DNA from: an uncultured SAR86 cluster bacterium
GTDB lineage: Bacteria; Pseudomonadota; Gammaproteobacteria; Magnimaribacterales; D2472
Direction of reading: 5' to 3'
Assembly (NCBI GenBank): GCA_902591665.1
Contig: CACJBO010000001.1
Location: 82,116-146,115 of the forward strand
Length of the DNA stretch: 64,000 nt
Positions 47,007 through 57,062 of this stretch are shown in pieces. Positions within the stretch are counted from its first letter, which is position 1. Every line of letters begins with the position of its first letter. The notes under the pieces are model-generated. The model was given only the letters and a program-made list of their open reading frames with translations. It was not told the DNA's origin and did no database searches. A program made the translations under genes and the position numbers.

Positions 47007-48820
47007 TCACTCCATCCACAAATTCTGTTTTCATTTTTAGCATCAAGCCACTCCTTGAGTGGTTCATAGTAATTCACAATAGAGCTGCCACTTAGTTTTC
47101 TTGTGCCCGTTAAATTTTCAAACGCATCTTGCCATGGGGCACTTTGCCCCATTGCCATAGTTGAGATAATTTTTTCTCCAGCATATTCGTTGCCATAAAT
47201 AGAACATTCATGCAAAGGTCCATCAAAACCCATCCCGTTGCATAATGATTCATGAAACTGATATTGCATTATTCTCGCTAAATAATATCTAGTATATGGC
47301 GTATTTCCTGGTATGTGATATTTAGCTCCGGGGTCAAAATATTCCTCTGACCTGTTTGATGGAGGTTTAATTCCTTGATAAGACTCTCTTAAATCCCACC
47401 ATGATTGATTTAATTCATCTTGTCGAGTTTCACCATTAAAGACTCCTGCTCTCCACTTATCTAGCATTAAAGCCCAGGGAACAACAACAACACCCTCTAG
47501 AGCTTGCTTCATTAATAAACCAATGGCATCTTCCTTCACTTCTTCTGCCTCTACCTCAGATATAAAACCAATATTTTTAAGGTAATCAGGAGTAATTGAC
47601 AATGTTAAAAGGTCGCCAAATGCTTCATGAAAACCATCATTGGCTCCTCCCTGAAATAAAGTTGGTAAATGGTTGTATGCTTGATAATAAAAGATATGGC
47701 CTAACTCATGATGAATAGTTATAAAGTCTTCTTCATTCTTTTCTATACACATTTTAATTCTAAGATCATTCTTTGCTGGATCTAGGTTCCAAGCTGAAGC
47801 ATGACATACAACAGACCTATCTTCAGGTTTGACAAATAATGACCTTTCCCAAAAAGTGCTCGGCAGTGGCTCAAATCCCATTGATAAAAAGAAATCCTCT
47901 GCATACTCAACCATTTCAATTTCAGAAATATTTTTTTCTTCAATTATTTTAGTAACATCAACAGAACTTGTTTCTATGCTGCTTGGGTAAACAAGATCAT
48001 ATATATTTGACCACGATTGTCCCCACATGTTGCCAAGAAGATGAACTGGAAGTGATTCATCTAAAGATACTATTTCATCGCCATAGTATTCATTTAGTTC
48101 GCCCCTTACGTGGCAATGTAATGCATCATATAAAGGCTTAACCTCATCCCAAACTCTATCAATTTCTTCTAAAAATTCTTCAGCAGGCATATCATATTTA
48201 CTAAACCATAAATCACTTAGCCCATCGTAACCAAGCTCTTCAGATCCTTGATTACCAATTTCAACCATTCTCATATAAAGAGGTCTCATTGGTTTGCCTA
48301 TTTCGTGCCATCCCTGCCATGCGCGAAGAAGTTCATCAGGATTTCTTGAGTTATCAATAATTTGTTCAAAAGCCTCTAAATCAAAGCATTCGCCATCTTC
48401 AAAACAATGCTCGCCTGCTCCATACATTGCTTCAAGTTTGGTCGAAATAGAAGATAACTCTCCTGCCAACTCATCGTTAAATGGTGGAGGCATTACGAAA
48501 CTACTTTTTAAAAGCTCAAGTTGTCTTCTCTGAGAAGGAGAAGTTTCTAAATCATTAAATAAAGCAGCTTTTTTTGAATCTTCAAGAGATTTTAATGTAT
48601 ATCTTTTACCATAATCAGCAACAATATTTTGAGAATCAAAGGTTATAAAGTTTGATCCAATCCAATATGCAGAACTAACAATAGGACCCTCTTTAAGATT
48701 GCTTTCTTCTACTTCATCTAAAAACAATTTTAAATCAGCTTCTGATACAGATTGTTCGCTAGTTTGACTGCAAGAAGTTACAATTGCACTAATGGCAACT
48801 AAAGTAAAAAATTTTTTCAT
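47003..48820 (-). CDS. Peptidyl-dipeptidase A (M2 family, angiotensin-converting-enzyme-like), predicted lipoprotein
   Basis: Zinc motif HHELGH plus downstream HEAFGD (ACE: HEMGH ... EAIGD). Lipobox-like VTSC after MKKFFTLVAISAI. Start set at the ATG at 48820 (the track uses TTG at 48838). Confidence 0.85.
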   Translation of the reverse strand: MKKFFTLVAISAIVTSCSQTSEQSVSEADLKLFLDEVEESNLKEGPIVSSAYWIGSNFITFDSQNIVADYGKRYTLKSLEDSKKAALFNDLETSPSQRRQLELLKSSFVMPPPFNDELAGELSSISTKLEAMYGAGEHCFEDGECFDLEAFEQIIDNSRNPDELLRAWQGWHEIGKPMRPLYMRMVEIGNQGSEELGYDGLSDLWFSKYDMPAEEFLEEIDRVWDEVKPLYDALHCHVRGELNEYYGDEIVSLDESLPVHLLGNMWGQSWSNIYDLVYPSSIETSSVDVTKIIEEKNISEIEMVEYAEDFFLSMGFEPLPSTFWERSLFVKPEDRSVVCHASAWNLDPAKNDLRIKMCIEKNEEDFITIHHELGHIFYYQAYNHLPTLFQGGANDGFHEAFGDLLTLSITPDYLKNIGFISEVEAEEVKEDAIGLLMKQALEGVVVVPWALMLDKWRAGVFNGETRQDELNQSWWDLRESYQGIKPPSNRSEEYFDPGAKYHIPGNTPYTRYYLARIMQYQFHESLCNGMGFDGPLHECSIYGNEYAGEKIISTMAMGQSAPWQDAFENLTGTRKLSGSSIVNYYEPLKEWLDAKNENRICGWSE

Positions 48821-48868
48821 AGTTTTCCCCGATAACAACTAATAAAATAACATAAAAATATAAATGAT

Positions 48869-49432
48869 ATGAAGATTTCAACTAACCAATTTAAAAATGG
48901 TACAAAGCTTTTAATAGATAATGCTCCTTGTTCGATTATTGAGCATGAATTCCATAAACCGGGTAAAGGTCAAGCTGTCATGCGAGTAAAATATAAGAAT
49001 CTTCTTACCGGAAATACAAACGATAAAACATTTAAATCTGGTGAATCTGCAGAAGCAGCAGATGTAAATCATAAAGATATGGAATTTCTATACACGGATG
49101 GTGAAACTTGGCATTTTATGGATCCAAATAGTTATGAACAGATTGAGATAGGAGCAAATGAGATTGGAGATGCAAAAAAATGGCTTGTTGGCCAAGAAAC
49201 ATGCGAAATTATTCTTTGGGATGAAAAACCAATTCAAGTAGACCCACCTGTAAATGTAGAATTAAAAATTTTGAAATCAGAACCTGGCGTCAAGGGTGAT
49301 ACTGTCTCAGGTGCTACTAAACCTGCAGAGCTTGAGACTGGTGTTGTAATTCAAGTACCTCTTTTTGTTAATGAGGGTGAGATTGTAAAAGTTGATACTA
49401 GAGATGAAAGCTATCTTGGAAGAGCCAAATAA
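48869..49432 (+). CDS. efp: Translation elongation factor P
   Basis: F.KPGKGQA loop carrying the modified Lys. Three OB/KOW domains. Length is 187 aa. Confidence 0.9.
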   Translation: MKISTNQFKNGTKLLIDNAPCSIIEHEFHKPGKGQAVMRVKYKNLLTGNTNDKTFKSGESAEAADVNHKDMEFLYTDGETWHFMDPNSYEQIEIGANEIGDAKKWLVGQETCEIILWDEKPIQVDPPVNVELKILKSEPGVKGDTVSGATKPAELETGVVIQVPLFVNEGEIVKVDTRDESYLGRAK

Positions 49433-51174
49433 TGATAGACACATTAAATGAAGAGATAAGTAAATTTTTGTCTTCATTTTTAAATACTGAAGATGAAAAA
49501 TTAAGTCTAATAGAAAAAAAATGCTCATCTACTATTACTGATGATTTAGATAGGGGCCATATAACCTCGAATGTTTGCATGATAGCTGGAAGCATTTTAA
49601 AAAAGAATCCAAAAGAAATAGCTGATGCTTTGGTTGAATGGTTAAAAAAAACAGATAACTTCCACGAGATTGAATCTGCCGGTCCCGGATTTATAAATGT
49701 TACTCTTAAAAGATCAGATTTTATTGCCACGGTTGATAAGATTAATGAGGACTCAAAAAAATTTGGTGAATCGGATTATGGGAAAGATAAATCAATTCAA
49801 ATTGAGTTCGTTTCAGCAAACCCAACGGGCCCTTTGCATGTTGGACATGGAAGAGGGGCTGCTTACGGAGATGCAATAGGCAGAATTCTCTCATCCTCTG
49901 GCTATAAAGTTCAGAAAGAATACTATATCAATGATGCTGGAAGACAAATGGATATTCTTACAGCTAGTGTATTTGTAAGAATCTTTGAGAGTGAGTTAGA
50001 TAATTTTTTTCCAAGAAATGCATATAAGGGGTCATATATTTCTGAAATTGCTATGGCATTCAGAGATAAAAATAATTGCAACCTAAATACTGATGGGCAT
50101 GCTCTTATAAAAGACTTGCCTAAAGATGAAGAAAAAGAAATAGATGAATTAATACTTAGAATAAAAAATACCTATGAGGCATGGCCTAAAATAAAATCTT
50201 TTGCTTTGGACGAGGTTTTAAAAACTATAAAAGAAGATCTTGAGAGTTTTAATGTATCTTTTGACAATTGGTATAGCGAATCCAGTCTCGGGAGTTTAGA
50301 TGATAAAAATTCTAAAATTAAAAAAGCTATAGATACGCTTATTACAAGTAAACTTGCTTACGAAGATAACGGCGCCATCTGGTTAGACACTAGCAAAAGT
50401 GGTGATGATAAAAATAGAGTTTTAATAAGAGATGATGGAAGAGCAACTTATTTTGCGTCCGATGTTGCTTACCATAAAGATAAGATAGATAGAGGCTTTG
50501 ATAAATTAATAAATGTTTGGGGAGCTGATCATCACGGCTACATAAAAAGAATTGAAGCATCAATTGAAGGTCTTGGCTTTGATAAAGAAAAATTAGATGT
50601 CCAACTTGTGCAGTTTGCAAATCTCTTCAAGGATGGAAGTAAGGTAAAAATGTCTACAAGATCTGGTGATTTCTTTTCTTTGGCTGACCTAATTAGCGAA
50701 ATTGGTACTGACGCCTCCAGATTTTATTATCTTTCAAAACAAGCAGATCAGCATTTAGATTTTGATTTAGACCTAGCTAAGGCAGATAGCAAAGAAAATA
50801 TTTTCTACTACATACAATATGCTCATGCACGAATATGTTCGTTATTAAGAAAATATACTGATAGCCATGGCTCAATGCCAGAAAATGCAAGCGCTATAAG
50901 CGGTGGCTCTTATCATAATTGTGATGAATTGATTCATGAAATGAGCAAATACCCGCATGTAGTTTTGAGAGCATCTATATCTCTTCAGCCTCATTTAATT
51001 ATTTACTACTTAAAAGACTTTGCTCATAGCTTCCACAGTTTTTACAACGATAATCAAGTTTTAACAGAATCTAAAGAAAATATAGATTCAATAGTTTTTT
51101 GTTTAAATGCAGCCAAAATAGTTATTGCTAATGGGCTCAAACTTTTAGGGATAGAGCCAATAGAAAAAATGTAA
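49432..51174 (+). CDS. argS: Arginine--tRNA ligase
   Basis: SANPTGPLHVGHGR (HIGH region), MSTRSG (KMSK-like) and the C-terminal DALR anticodon-binding domain. The ATG shares one base with the efp stop. Confidence 0.9.
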   Translation: MIDTLNEEISKFLSSFLNTEDEKLSLIEKKCSSTITDDLDRGHITSNVCMIAGSILKKNPKEIADALVEWLKKTDNFHEIESAGPGFINVTLKRSDFIATVDKINEDSKKFGESDYGKDKSIQIEFVSANPTGPLHVGHGRGAAYGDAIGRILSSSGYKVQKEYYINDAGRQMDILTASVFVRIFESELDNFFPRNAYKGSYISEIAMAFRDKNNCNLNTDGHALIKDLPKDEEKEIDELILRIKNTYEAWPKIKSFALDEVLKTIKEDLESFNVSFDNWYSESSLGSLDDKNSKIKKAIDTLITSKLAYEDNGAIWLDTSKSGDDKNRVLIRDDGRATYFASDVAYHKDKIDRGFDKLINVWGADHHGYIKRIEASIEGLGFDKEKLDVQLVQFANLFKDGSKVKMSTRSGDFFSLADLISEIGTDASRFYYLSKQADQHLDFDLDLAKADSKENIFYYIQYAHARICSLLRKYTDSHGSMPENASAISGGSYHNCDELIHEMSKYPHVVLRASISLQPHLIIYYLKDFAHSFHSFYNDNQVLTESKENIDSIVFCLNAAKIVIANGLKLLGIEPIEKM

Positions 51175-51179
51175 ATGGC

Positions 51180-51713
51180 ATGAAAGACTACGCTAATAGA
51201 AATAAATCTAGAAGAAGAAACATCACAAGAAAAAAAACTGTATTTAGATCTAAAAAAGATAACAGTCCTCTTATATCAAAAAACATAATTTCTGGAATTA
51301 TATTATTAGCATTAGCTCTAGGAGCTGTTTCATTGCTATATTTTGATACAGACGTTTCTACCATTAAACCAAGAGAAAGTTCTAATAAAATTAAAATAGA
51401 TTTTCCGACATCTCTTACTAAAAATTCCGTTCTTATAGAAACAGAATCAGAAGAAAATTTCCTTTCCTGCGAGTACTTTGTTCAAATTGGGGCATATGGC
51501 AATAAGAAATATGCTTATGAAGCAAAAGATATCCTAAATGAAATTGAGCTCATTACCATTAATGAAATATATAGCAGCTCGAAACCTGGCAAGCTATTGC
51601 ATAGCGTAATAACTGGTCCCTATGAAAATAGATCAGCAGCAAATAACATAAAAGAAAAAATTACAAACAGGGGTTTTGATCCTCAATTAAGAACCTTATG
51701 CGAAAAGAATTAG
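51180..51713 (+). CDS. SPOR-domain protein (septal peptidoglycan binding)
   Basis: Basic N-terminus, one TM, and a C-terminal SPOR-like region (YFVQIGAYGNKKYA ... GPYENRSAANNIKEKI). It follows argS, as in Pseudomonas. Confidence 0.65.
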   Translation: MKDYANRNKSRRRNITRKKTVFRSKKDNSPLISKNIISGIILLALALGAVSLLYFDTDVSTIKPRESSNKIKIDFPTSLTKNSVLIETESEENFLSCEYFVQIGAYGNKKYAYEAKDILNEIELITINEIYSSSKPGKLLHSVITGPYENRSAANNIKEKITNRGFDPQLRTLCEKN

Positions 51714-52369
51714 AAACAAATATTAATTCTCTTGAACTCAAGATTGCTAAAGCAAGTAAAACTGTTTCTAAAAACCTGGGTGACATTTTCCTAATTGCGG
51801 TATCAAAGAAAAAAAACATTGAGCATATTAGAACAGCCCAAAATTTAGGCATAAATAATTTTGGAGAAAATTATGCACAAGAACTTGAAGAAAAAGCCAA
51901 TAATATTGATGAGAATGTATGCTGGCATTTTATAGGACCTCTTCAGTCTAATAAGGCAAAAATTATTTCTAAATATGCTGACTGGATACACACAATTGAT
52001 AGAAAAAAAATAGCAGACAAAATAAATGAAGAATGTAAAAAGATTAATAAAATTATAAATGCCTGCATTCAGGTTAATATTTCAAATGAGTCAACAAAAT
52101 CAGGAATTAATCCTGAAAACCTTATGATTTTTGCTAAATATGTTGATTCTATGGAAAATATTAATTTAAAAGGCATAATGGTTCTCCCCAGTTTGGGTGA
52201 AAATAATAAAAAACAGATGCAAGACTCAAAATTGCTTCATGAAAAGCTGGTATCAGTTTTTCCTCATGCAGAATACTTGTCCATGGGAACAACTAATGAT
52301 TTTGAGACCGCGATTGTATCTGGCTCTAATATGATTAGAGTTGGTGAGTTAATTTTTGGCAAAAGGTAA
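51698..52369 (+). CDS. yggS: YggS family pyridoxal-phosphate homeostasis protein
   Basis: AVSKKK PLP-lysine motif, FGENY.QE, HFIGPLQSNK and SMGTTNDFE motifs. Confidence 0.85.
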   Translation: MRKELETNINSLELKIAKASKTVSKNLGDIFLIAVSKKKNIEHIRTAQNLGINNFGENYAQELEEKANNIDENVCWHFIGPLQSNKAKIISKYADWIHTIDRKKIADKINEECKKINKIINACIQVNISNESTKSGINPENLMIFAKYVDSMENINLKGIMVLPSLGENNKKQMQDSKLLHEKLVSVFPHAEYLSMGTTNDFETAIVSGSNMIRVGELIFGKR

Positions 52370-53160
52370 TGAAAAAAATAGTTTTTTATGGATCAGGGAA
52401 TATATCTCAAGCTCTAATATCGGGTTTAATATCGGCTGGATACAAGAAAAATCTTATAGAGTTTATTGATAGAAATAAAATAAACTCAAGGAAAACTAAA
52501 AAACTCGGAGCAACAAAAACTAATCTTAAAACTATTAATACAAAATCAATTATTTTTTTGGGGGTCAAACCAAAAGATGCCATGAATGCATATGCTGAAA
52601 TATGTGCAGAGGTAAAAAAACCAAAAATTGTATCCCTGGTTGCTGGCATAAAATCAAATAAATACTTATCTGAATCTAATGACGTTGAACTTATCAGAGC
52701 CATGCCAAACACCTCATCTCAATTCAATAAAGGCATAACAGCCATCTGTAATTGCAATGCAAATAAAACAACTTTTAATCAAGTATCCTCAATATTTAAA
52801 AAAGTGGGTACTACTATAGATATTACCAAAGAGAATAAAATTGATGATTTTACTGGACTAATTGGTAGCGGTCCTGCCTACTTCTTCTATCTTTTAAAAG
52901 TATATGAAAAAAGAATCTTAAAACTCTGCGATGGGGATAAATCAAAAAAAGATACTATTATTTGTAATTTATTGGAGGGTGTTTCATATTCAATTAATGA
53001 TAATAGTAATCTTGATGAGCTAATTGCCTCAGTTGCTTCAAAAAAAGGAACAACCGAAGCTGGTTTAAAAAGTTTTAAATCATCAAAATTATCTCAAAAT
53101 TTTGAAAAAGGGATAGCCGCAGCAATCAAGCGAGCTAAAGATATATCAGTTGAGTTCTAA
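52369..53160 (+). CDS. proC: Pyrroline-5-carboxylate reductase
   Basis: N-terminal Rossmann fold (FYGSGNISQA), RAMPNT, and the C-terminal SKKGTTEAGL motif. Confidence 0.85.
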   Translation: MKKIVFYGSGNISQALISGLISAGYKKNLIEFIDRNKINSRKTKKLGATKTNLKTINTKSIIFLGVKPKDAMNAYAEICAEVKKPKIVSLVAGIKSNKYLSESNDVELIRAMPNTSSQFNKGITAICNCNANKTTFNQVSSIFKKVGTTIDITKENKIDDFTGLIGSGPAYFFYLLKVYEKRILKLCDGDKSKKDTIICNLLEGVSYSINDNSNLDELIASVASKKGTTEAGLKSFKSSKLSQNFEKGIAAAIKRAKDISVEF

Positions 53161-53162
53161 AA

Positions 53163-53675
53163 ATGAATGAATTATTAAGTCTAGGTTTAGGAGTTTTAAG
53201 TTATGCATTCATTTTACTTTTTATTTTTAATTTACTGAAAATTGATTACTACAATCCAATTGTTAAGGGTTTTGTAAATATCTATAAGCCTATATCTAAA
53301 GTATCCATTTTTTCAAATCAGCTTTATACGATATTTACTATTGCTGTTCTGCTTAGGTTTTCTAACTTTTATATTCTGTACTCATCTCAATATGACGTAT
53401 ATATCCTCGGCTTAATATCATTAATTGAGGTTTTAAATACTTCACTTACAATTTTTTTCTTTTCAGTTATTGGGGCAGTTATTCTTAGCTGGGTAGCTCC
53501 TAATAGCCCTCACCCAATGCTGCAAATCATTGAAGAAATTTCTTCAAAACTTCTTGCACCAATTAGAAAATTTATACCTTCTGCTGGCGGGCTTGATTTT
53601 TCTCCAATATTTGCCTTAATCCTAATAAGGCAGTTAGAGATATTGCTAGCTAGTATAATTAGATCAATTATATGA
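53163..53675 (+). CDS. yggT: YggT family membrane protein
   Basis: Two YGGT-like repeats with ..P.R..IP..GG.DFSP. Conserved yggS-proC-yggT order. Confidence 0.7.
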   Translation: MNELLSLGLGVLSYAFILLFIFNLLKIDYYNPIVKGFVNIYKPISKVSIFSNQLYTIFTIAVLLRFSNFYILYSSQYDVYILGLISLIEVLNTSLTIFFFSVIGAVILSWVAPNSPHPMLQIIEEISSKLLAPIRKFIPSAGGLDFSPIFALILIRQLEILLASIIRSII

Positions 53676-54769
53676 AAACGAAAACTGAACTAATTAAATT
53701 TAATCAAGGCTTAGATCTAGAGTCTGGAGCAAGACTAAATACATTTGATCTAATGGTTGAGACATATGGTGAACTGAATAAAGATAAAGATAATGCAATC
53801 TTGGTATGTCATGCATTTTCAGGAAATCACCATGCTGCAGGCAAATCATCTGATAATGAAGCTTTGGGTTGGTGGGATGAAGTTATTGGTCCAGGAAAAG
53901 CAATTGACACCGATAAATTTTTTGTTGTTTGTTCTAATAATTTAGGCGGTTGCTCTGGTTCATCTGGACCACTTAGTATTAATCCTGAAACTAATGAATT
54001 ATATGGGAAAGATTTTCCATTAGTATCGGTAACCGACTGGGTAAACTCGCAAAAACTTTTATCTGATTATTTAGGTATTTCTAAATGGCATATGGTTGCA
54101 GGCGGAAGTCTTGGTGGTATGCAAGCTCTTCAATGGGCTATTTCATATCCCAAAAAACTTAAAAAAGCAGGCATATTTGCAACAGCAACAAAATCTAGTA
54201 CTCAGAACATAGCTATGAACGAAGTTGGAAGAGAGGCTATAAGAAAAGATAAGAATTTTATGGAGGGTGATTATCTTAATCATAATGTAAAACCAAAAAG
54301 TGGACTAAAGACAGCACGAATGCTTGGTCACATAACATATTCTTCTGAGGATATTATGGATCAAAAATTTGGTAGAAAATTTCAAGATATAAAATCAAAA
54401 ATAGAAGGAACAGTTGATTATGAGGTTGAAAATTATCTTCAATATAAAGGTGAAAAGTTTTCTGATACATTTGATGCAAATAGCTATATTTTAATGACCA
54501 AGGCAATGGATGGTTATGATGCTTCGTTTTCTAGCAATGGAAGCCTCGAGGAAGTTATGAAGCGTATAAAAGCCAAGTTATTAGTAGTTGGTTTTGATAG
54601 TGATTGGCTATATCCACCAAAAAGAAGTAAAGAAATTCAACTAGCCGCAATGAATGTTGATGTTCAGTGTTCTTGTGTAATTTTAAAGGGCGAGCAAGGT
54701 CATGATAGTTTTTTATTTGCATCTGACAGATACGTTAAAATCATTAAAGGGTTTTTAGATTCAAAATGA
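53672..54769 (+). CDS. metX: Homoserine O-acyltransferase (MetX family; acetyl versus succinyl specificity not determinable by eye)
   Basis: NAILVCHAFSGNHH and the GGSLGGMQALQW nucleophile elbow. It is followed by metW. Confidence 0.9.
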   Translation: MKTKTELIKFNQGLDLESGARLNTFDLMVETYGELNKDKDNAILVCHAFSGNHHAAGKSSDNEALGWWDEVIGPGKAIDTDKFFVVCSNNLGGCSGSSGPLSINPETNELYGKDFPLVSVTDWVNSQKLLSDYLGISKWHMVAGGSLGGMQALQWAISYPKKLKKAGIFATATKSSTQNIAMNEVGREAIRKDKNFMEGDYLNHNVKPKSGLKTARMLGHITYSSEDIMDQKFGRKFQDIKSKIEGTVDYEVENYLQYKGEKFSDTFDANSYILMTKAMDGYDASFSSNGSLEEVMKRIKAKLLVVGFDSDWLYPPKRSKEIQLAAMNVDVQCSCVILKGEQGHDSFLFASDRYVKIIKGFLDSK

Positions 54770-55359
54770 ATACTTCGCTCATACACATCATAAAAAAATG
54801 GATTCCAGAAAAAAGCAAAGTTATTGATTTTGGTTGTGGCGATGGATCTTTATTAAAAGATTTAATTGATGAAAAGAAAATACGTGGCTATGGCGTAGAA
54901 ATTGATCATAATAAAATTCAAGAATGTATTCTTAAAGGTATATCTGTTATAGAAAAAGATATAGACGAAGGCATTCAAGACTTTGAGTCATGCAATTTTG
55001 ATGTTGCTGTAATGGCAAGCTCAATACAGTGCCTTAAAGAGCCACACTTGGCTTTAAGAAAAATGCTTAAGCTGTCAAAACAATGTATTGTTACTCTCCC
55101 AAATTTAGGTTTTTGGAAGTGTAGACTTGATTTAGCCCAAGGCAGAATGCCGGTTACACCTAATCTTCCATCAAGCTGGTATGAAACTAAAAACTTACAT
55201 CTTTGTACAATCAAAGATTTTGAAACACTGTGTTTTGAAGAAGGTTTTGTTATTAACGAAAAGTTTTTTCTTAATGATAAAGGCGCTAAGAGCGCTATGG
55301 CTTCAACATTTCCAAATACTTTTGCCTCCGAGGGAATTTATCTAATTGCTAAAAAATAA
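54766..55359 (+). CDS. metW: Methionine biosynthesis protein MetW
   Basis: VIDFGCGDGSLL SAM-fold motif. It has the size and position typical of metW. Confidence 0.85.
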   Translation: MNTSLIHIIKKWIPEKSKVIDFGCGDGSLLKDLIDEKKIRGYGVEIDHNKIQECILKGISVIEKDIDEGIQDFESCNFDVAVMASSIQCLKEPHLALRKMLKLSKQCIVTLPNLGFWKCRLDLAQGRMPVTPNLPSSWYETKNLHLCTIKDFETLCFEEGFVINEKFFLNDKGAKSAMASTFPNTFASEGIYLIAKK

Positions 55360-55942
55360 TAAAGTTCTTCTTGCTTCGTCCAATCAAGGAAAAATAAGGG
55401 AATTCAAAAAAATTTTTAAGGGCTTTGATTTTATATCTCAAGAAGATTTAGGAATTGATGATGCTATTGAGGACGGAATTTCTTTTTTTGAAAATGCATT
55501 AAAAAAAGCAAGGCATGGTTCAAATAAATCTGGACTCTTAACAATTGCTGATGATTCTGGATTAGTTGTGCCAGGATTAGATTATAAACCAGGAATCTAT
55601 TCAGCAAGATATGCAGGTGAAGGAGCCTCAGATAAAGATAATAGAGATAAAATTATTGATCAATTAAACAAAAAAAATGTCTCATCTCTTGAGGCCTTTT
55701 ATATATGTGTCCTAGTCGGTGTTCGCTCAGATTTAGATCCTATCCCTCTTTACTCTGTTGGCGAAATTCATGGAAGAATATCAACAAAAAGTTCAGGCGA
55801 TGGAGGTTTTGGCTATGACAAAATTTTTTATCCAAATGGATATGATGTATCTATGGCATCTATTGATCCTGAAGAAAAAAATAAAATAAGTCATAGAGCC
55901 GTTGCTGCAAGATCATTTATTAAAGAGCTTGAAAAACTTTAA
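55346..55942 (+). CDS. rdgB: Non-canonical purine NTP pyrophosphatase (dITP/XTPase)
   Basis: ASSN.GK..EF, ADDSGL and GGFGYD..F motifs. Apparent TTG start. Confidence 0.85.
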   Translation: MLKNNKVLLASSNQGKIREFKKIFKGFDFISQEDLGIDDAIEDGISFFENALKKARHGSNKSGLLTIADDSGLVVPGLDYKPGIYSARYAGEGASDKDNRDKIIDQLNKKNVSSLEAFYICVLVGVRSDLDPIPLYSVGEIHGRISTKSSGDGGFGYDKIFYPNGYDVSMASIDPEEKNKISHRAVAARSFIKELEKL

Positions 55943-57062
55943 TCCAAATAAAATACCTATATCGCTTTATATTCATCTACCCTGGTGCGAGAAAAGGTGT
56001 CCCTACTGTGACTTCAATATCAATACAAATAAATTAGATGGAGATGAAGAAAGGCTATTGGTTGCTCTTAATCAGGATTTAAAAGACTCAATGAAATATA
56101 TTCAAAAAAGAAAATTCTGCTCTATTTACTTTGGGGGAGGAACCCCATCATTGGTATCTTCAAAGATAATAAAAAAAATTATCAAAAATTTAAAAGATAT
56201 GGGCCTTTTAAAAAAAGAATGTGAAATTAGCTTTGAATTAAATCCAAAAGAGGTCACTTACTCTTACATAGATGAAATTATTGCTGCTGGGGTTAATAGA
56301 ATTTCAATAGGTATACAAAGTTTTGATCAAGAAATGTTGGGTAGCTTGGAAAGAAACCATAATGCGAATGATAGTTATCAAGCAATTAAAATTGCTTCTG
56401 GGTATAAAAACATCAATATTTCAATTGATTTAATTTATGGAATTATGAACCAATCAATTAATTCTCTAAAACAAGATATTGAAATATTCTGCAAAAATAA
56501 AATTGATCACTTATCTCTGTACCAACTAACGATTGAACCCAATACAATTTTTTATAAAAAAGAATTAAATATTCCATCTGACAAGACCATAGAGACAATG
56601 GAATTGGCTGCAAAAGATATTCTTAATCAAAATAATATTTTTCAGTATGAGGTTTCATCATGGGCTAAAGATAACAAAGTAAGTAAACATAATATGAATT
56701 ATTGGCTATATGGTGATTATCTCGGTATAGGCCCAGGCGCTCACAGTAAAATTACAGAAAAAAATTCAATAGCAAGGATGATTAAATTAAAAAAAGTTGA
56801 ATCTTATATCAATAATCCGTCAAAGATAACAAAGGTTAAAATTGATGACTCATCATATGATCTTGATCTTGCAATGAATGTCTTGAGAATTAAAAACGGC
56901 ACTTCATTTAAAGATCTTGAAAAAAGAGGCGTTTATATACCCGATACTTTTAAAGAAAAATTATTTATGGGTTATAAAAAGGGTTTAATAGAAAAAAATT
57001 TAATTAAGGCAACTGATCAAGGATATAAGTTTCTAAACGATACCGTAAATAATTTTAACTAA
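55902..57062 (+). CDS. hemW: Radical SAM heme chaperone HemW (YggW)
   Basis: LYIHLPWCEKRCPYCDF (CxxxCxxC), GGGTPS and the C-terminal HemN_C-like domain. The start is uncertain: TTG at 55902, or in-frame TTG at 55929. Confidence 0.8.
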   Translation: MLQDHLLKSLKNFNPNKIPISLYIHLPWCEKRCPYCDFNINTNKLDGDEERLLVALNQDLKDSMKYIQKRKFCSIYFGGGTPSLVSSKIIKKIIKNLKDMGLLKKECEISFELNPKEVTYSYIDEIIAAGVNRISIGIQSFDQEMLGSLERNHNANDSYQAIKIASGYKNINISIDLIYGIMNQSINSLKQDIEIFCKNKIDHLSLYQLTIEPNTIFYKKELNIPSDKTIETMELAAKDILNQNNIFQYEVSSWAKDNKVSKHNMNYWLYGDYLGIGPGAHSKITEKNSIARMIKLKKVESYINNPSKITKVKIDDSSYDLDLAMNVLRIKNGTSFKDLEKRGVYIPDTFKEKLFMGYKKGLIEKNLIKATDQGYKFLNDTVNNFN

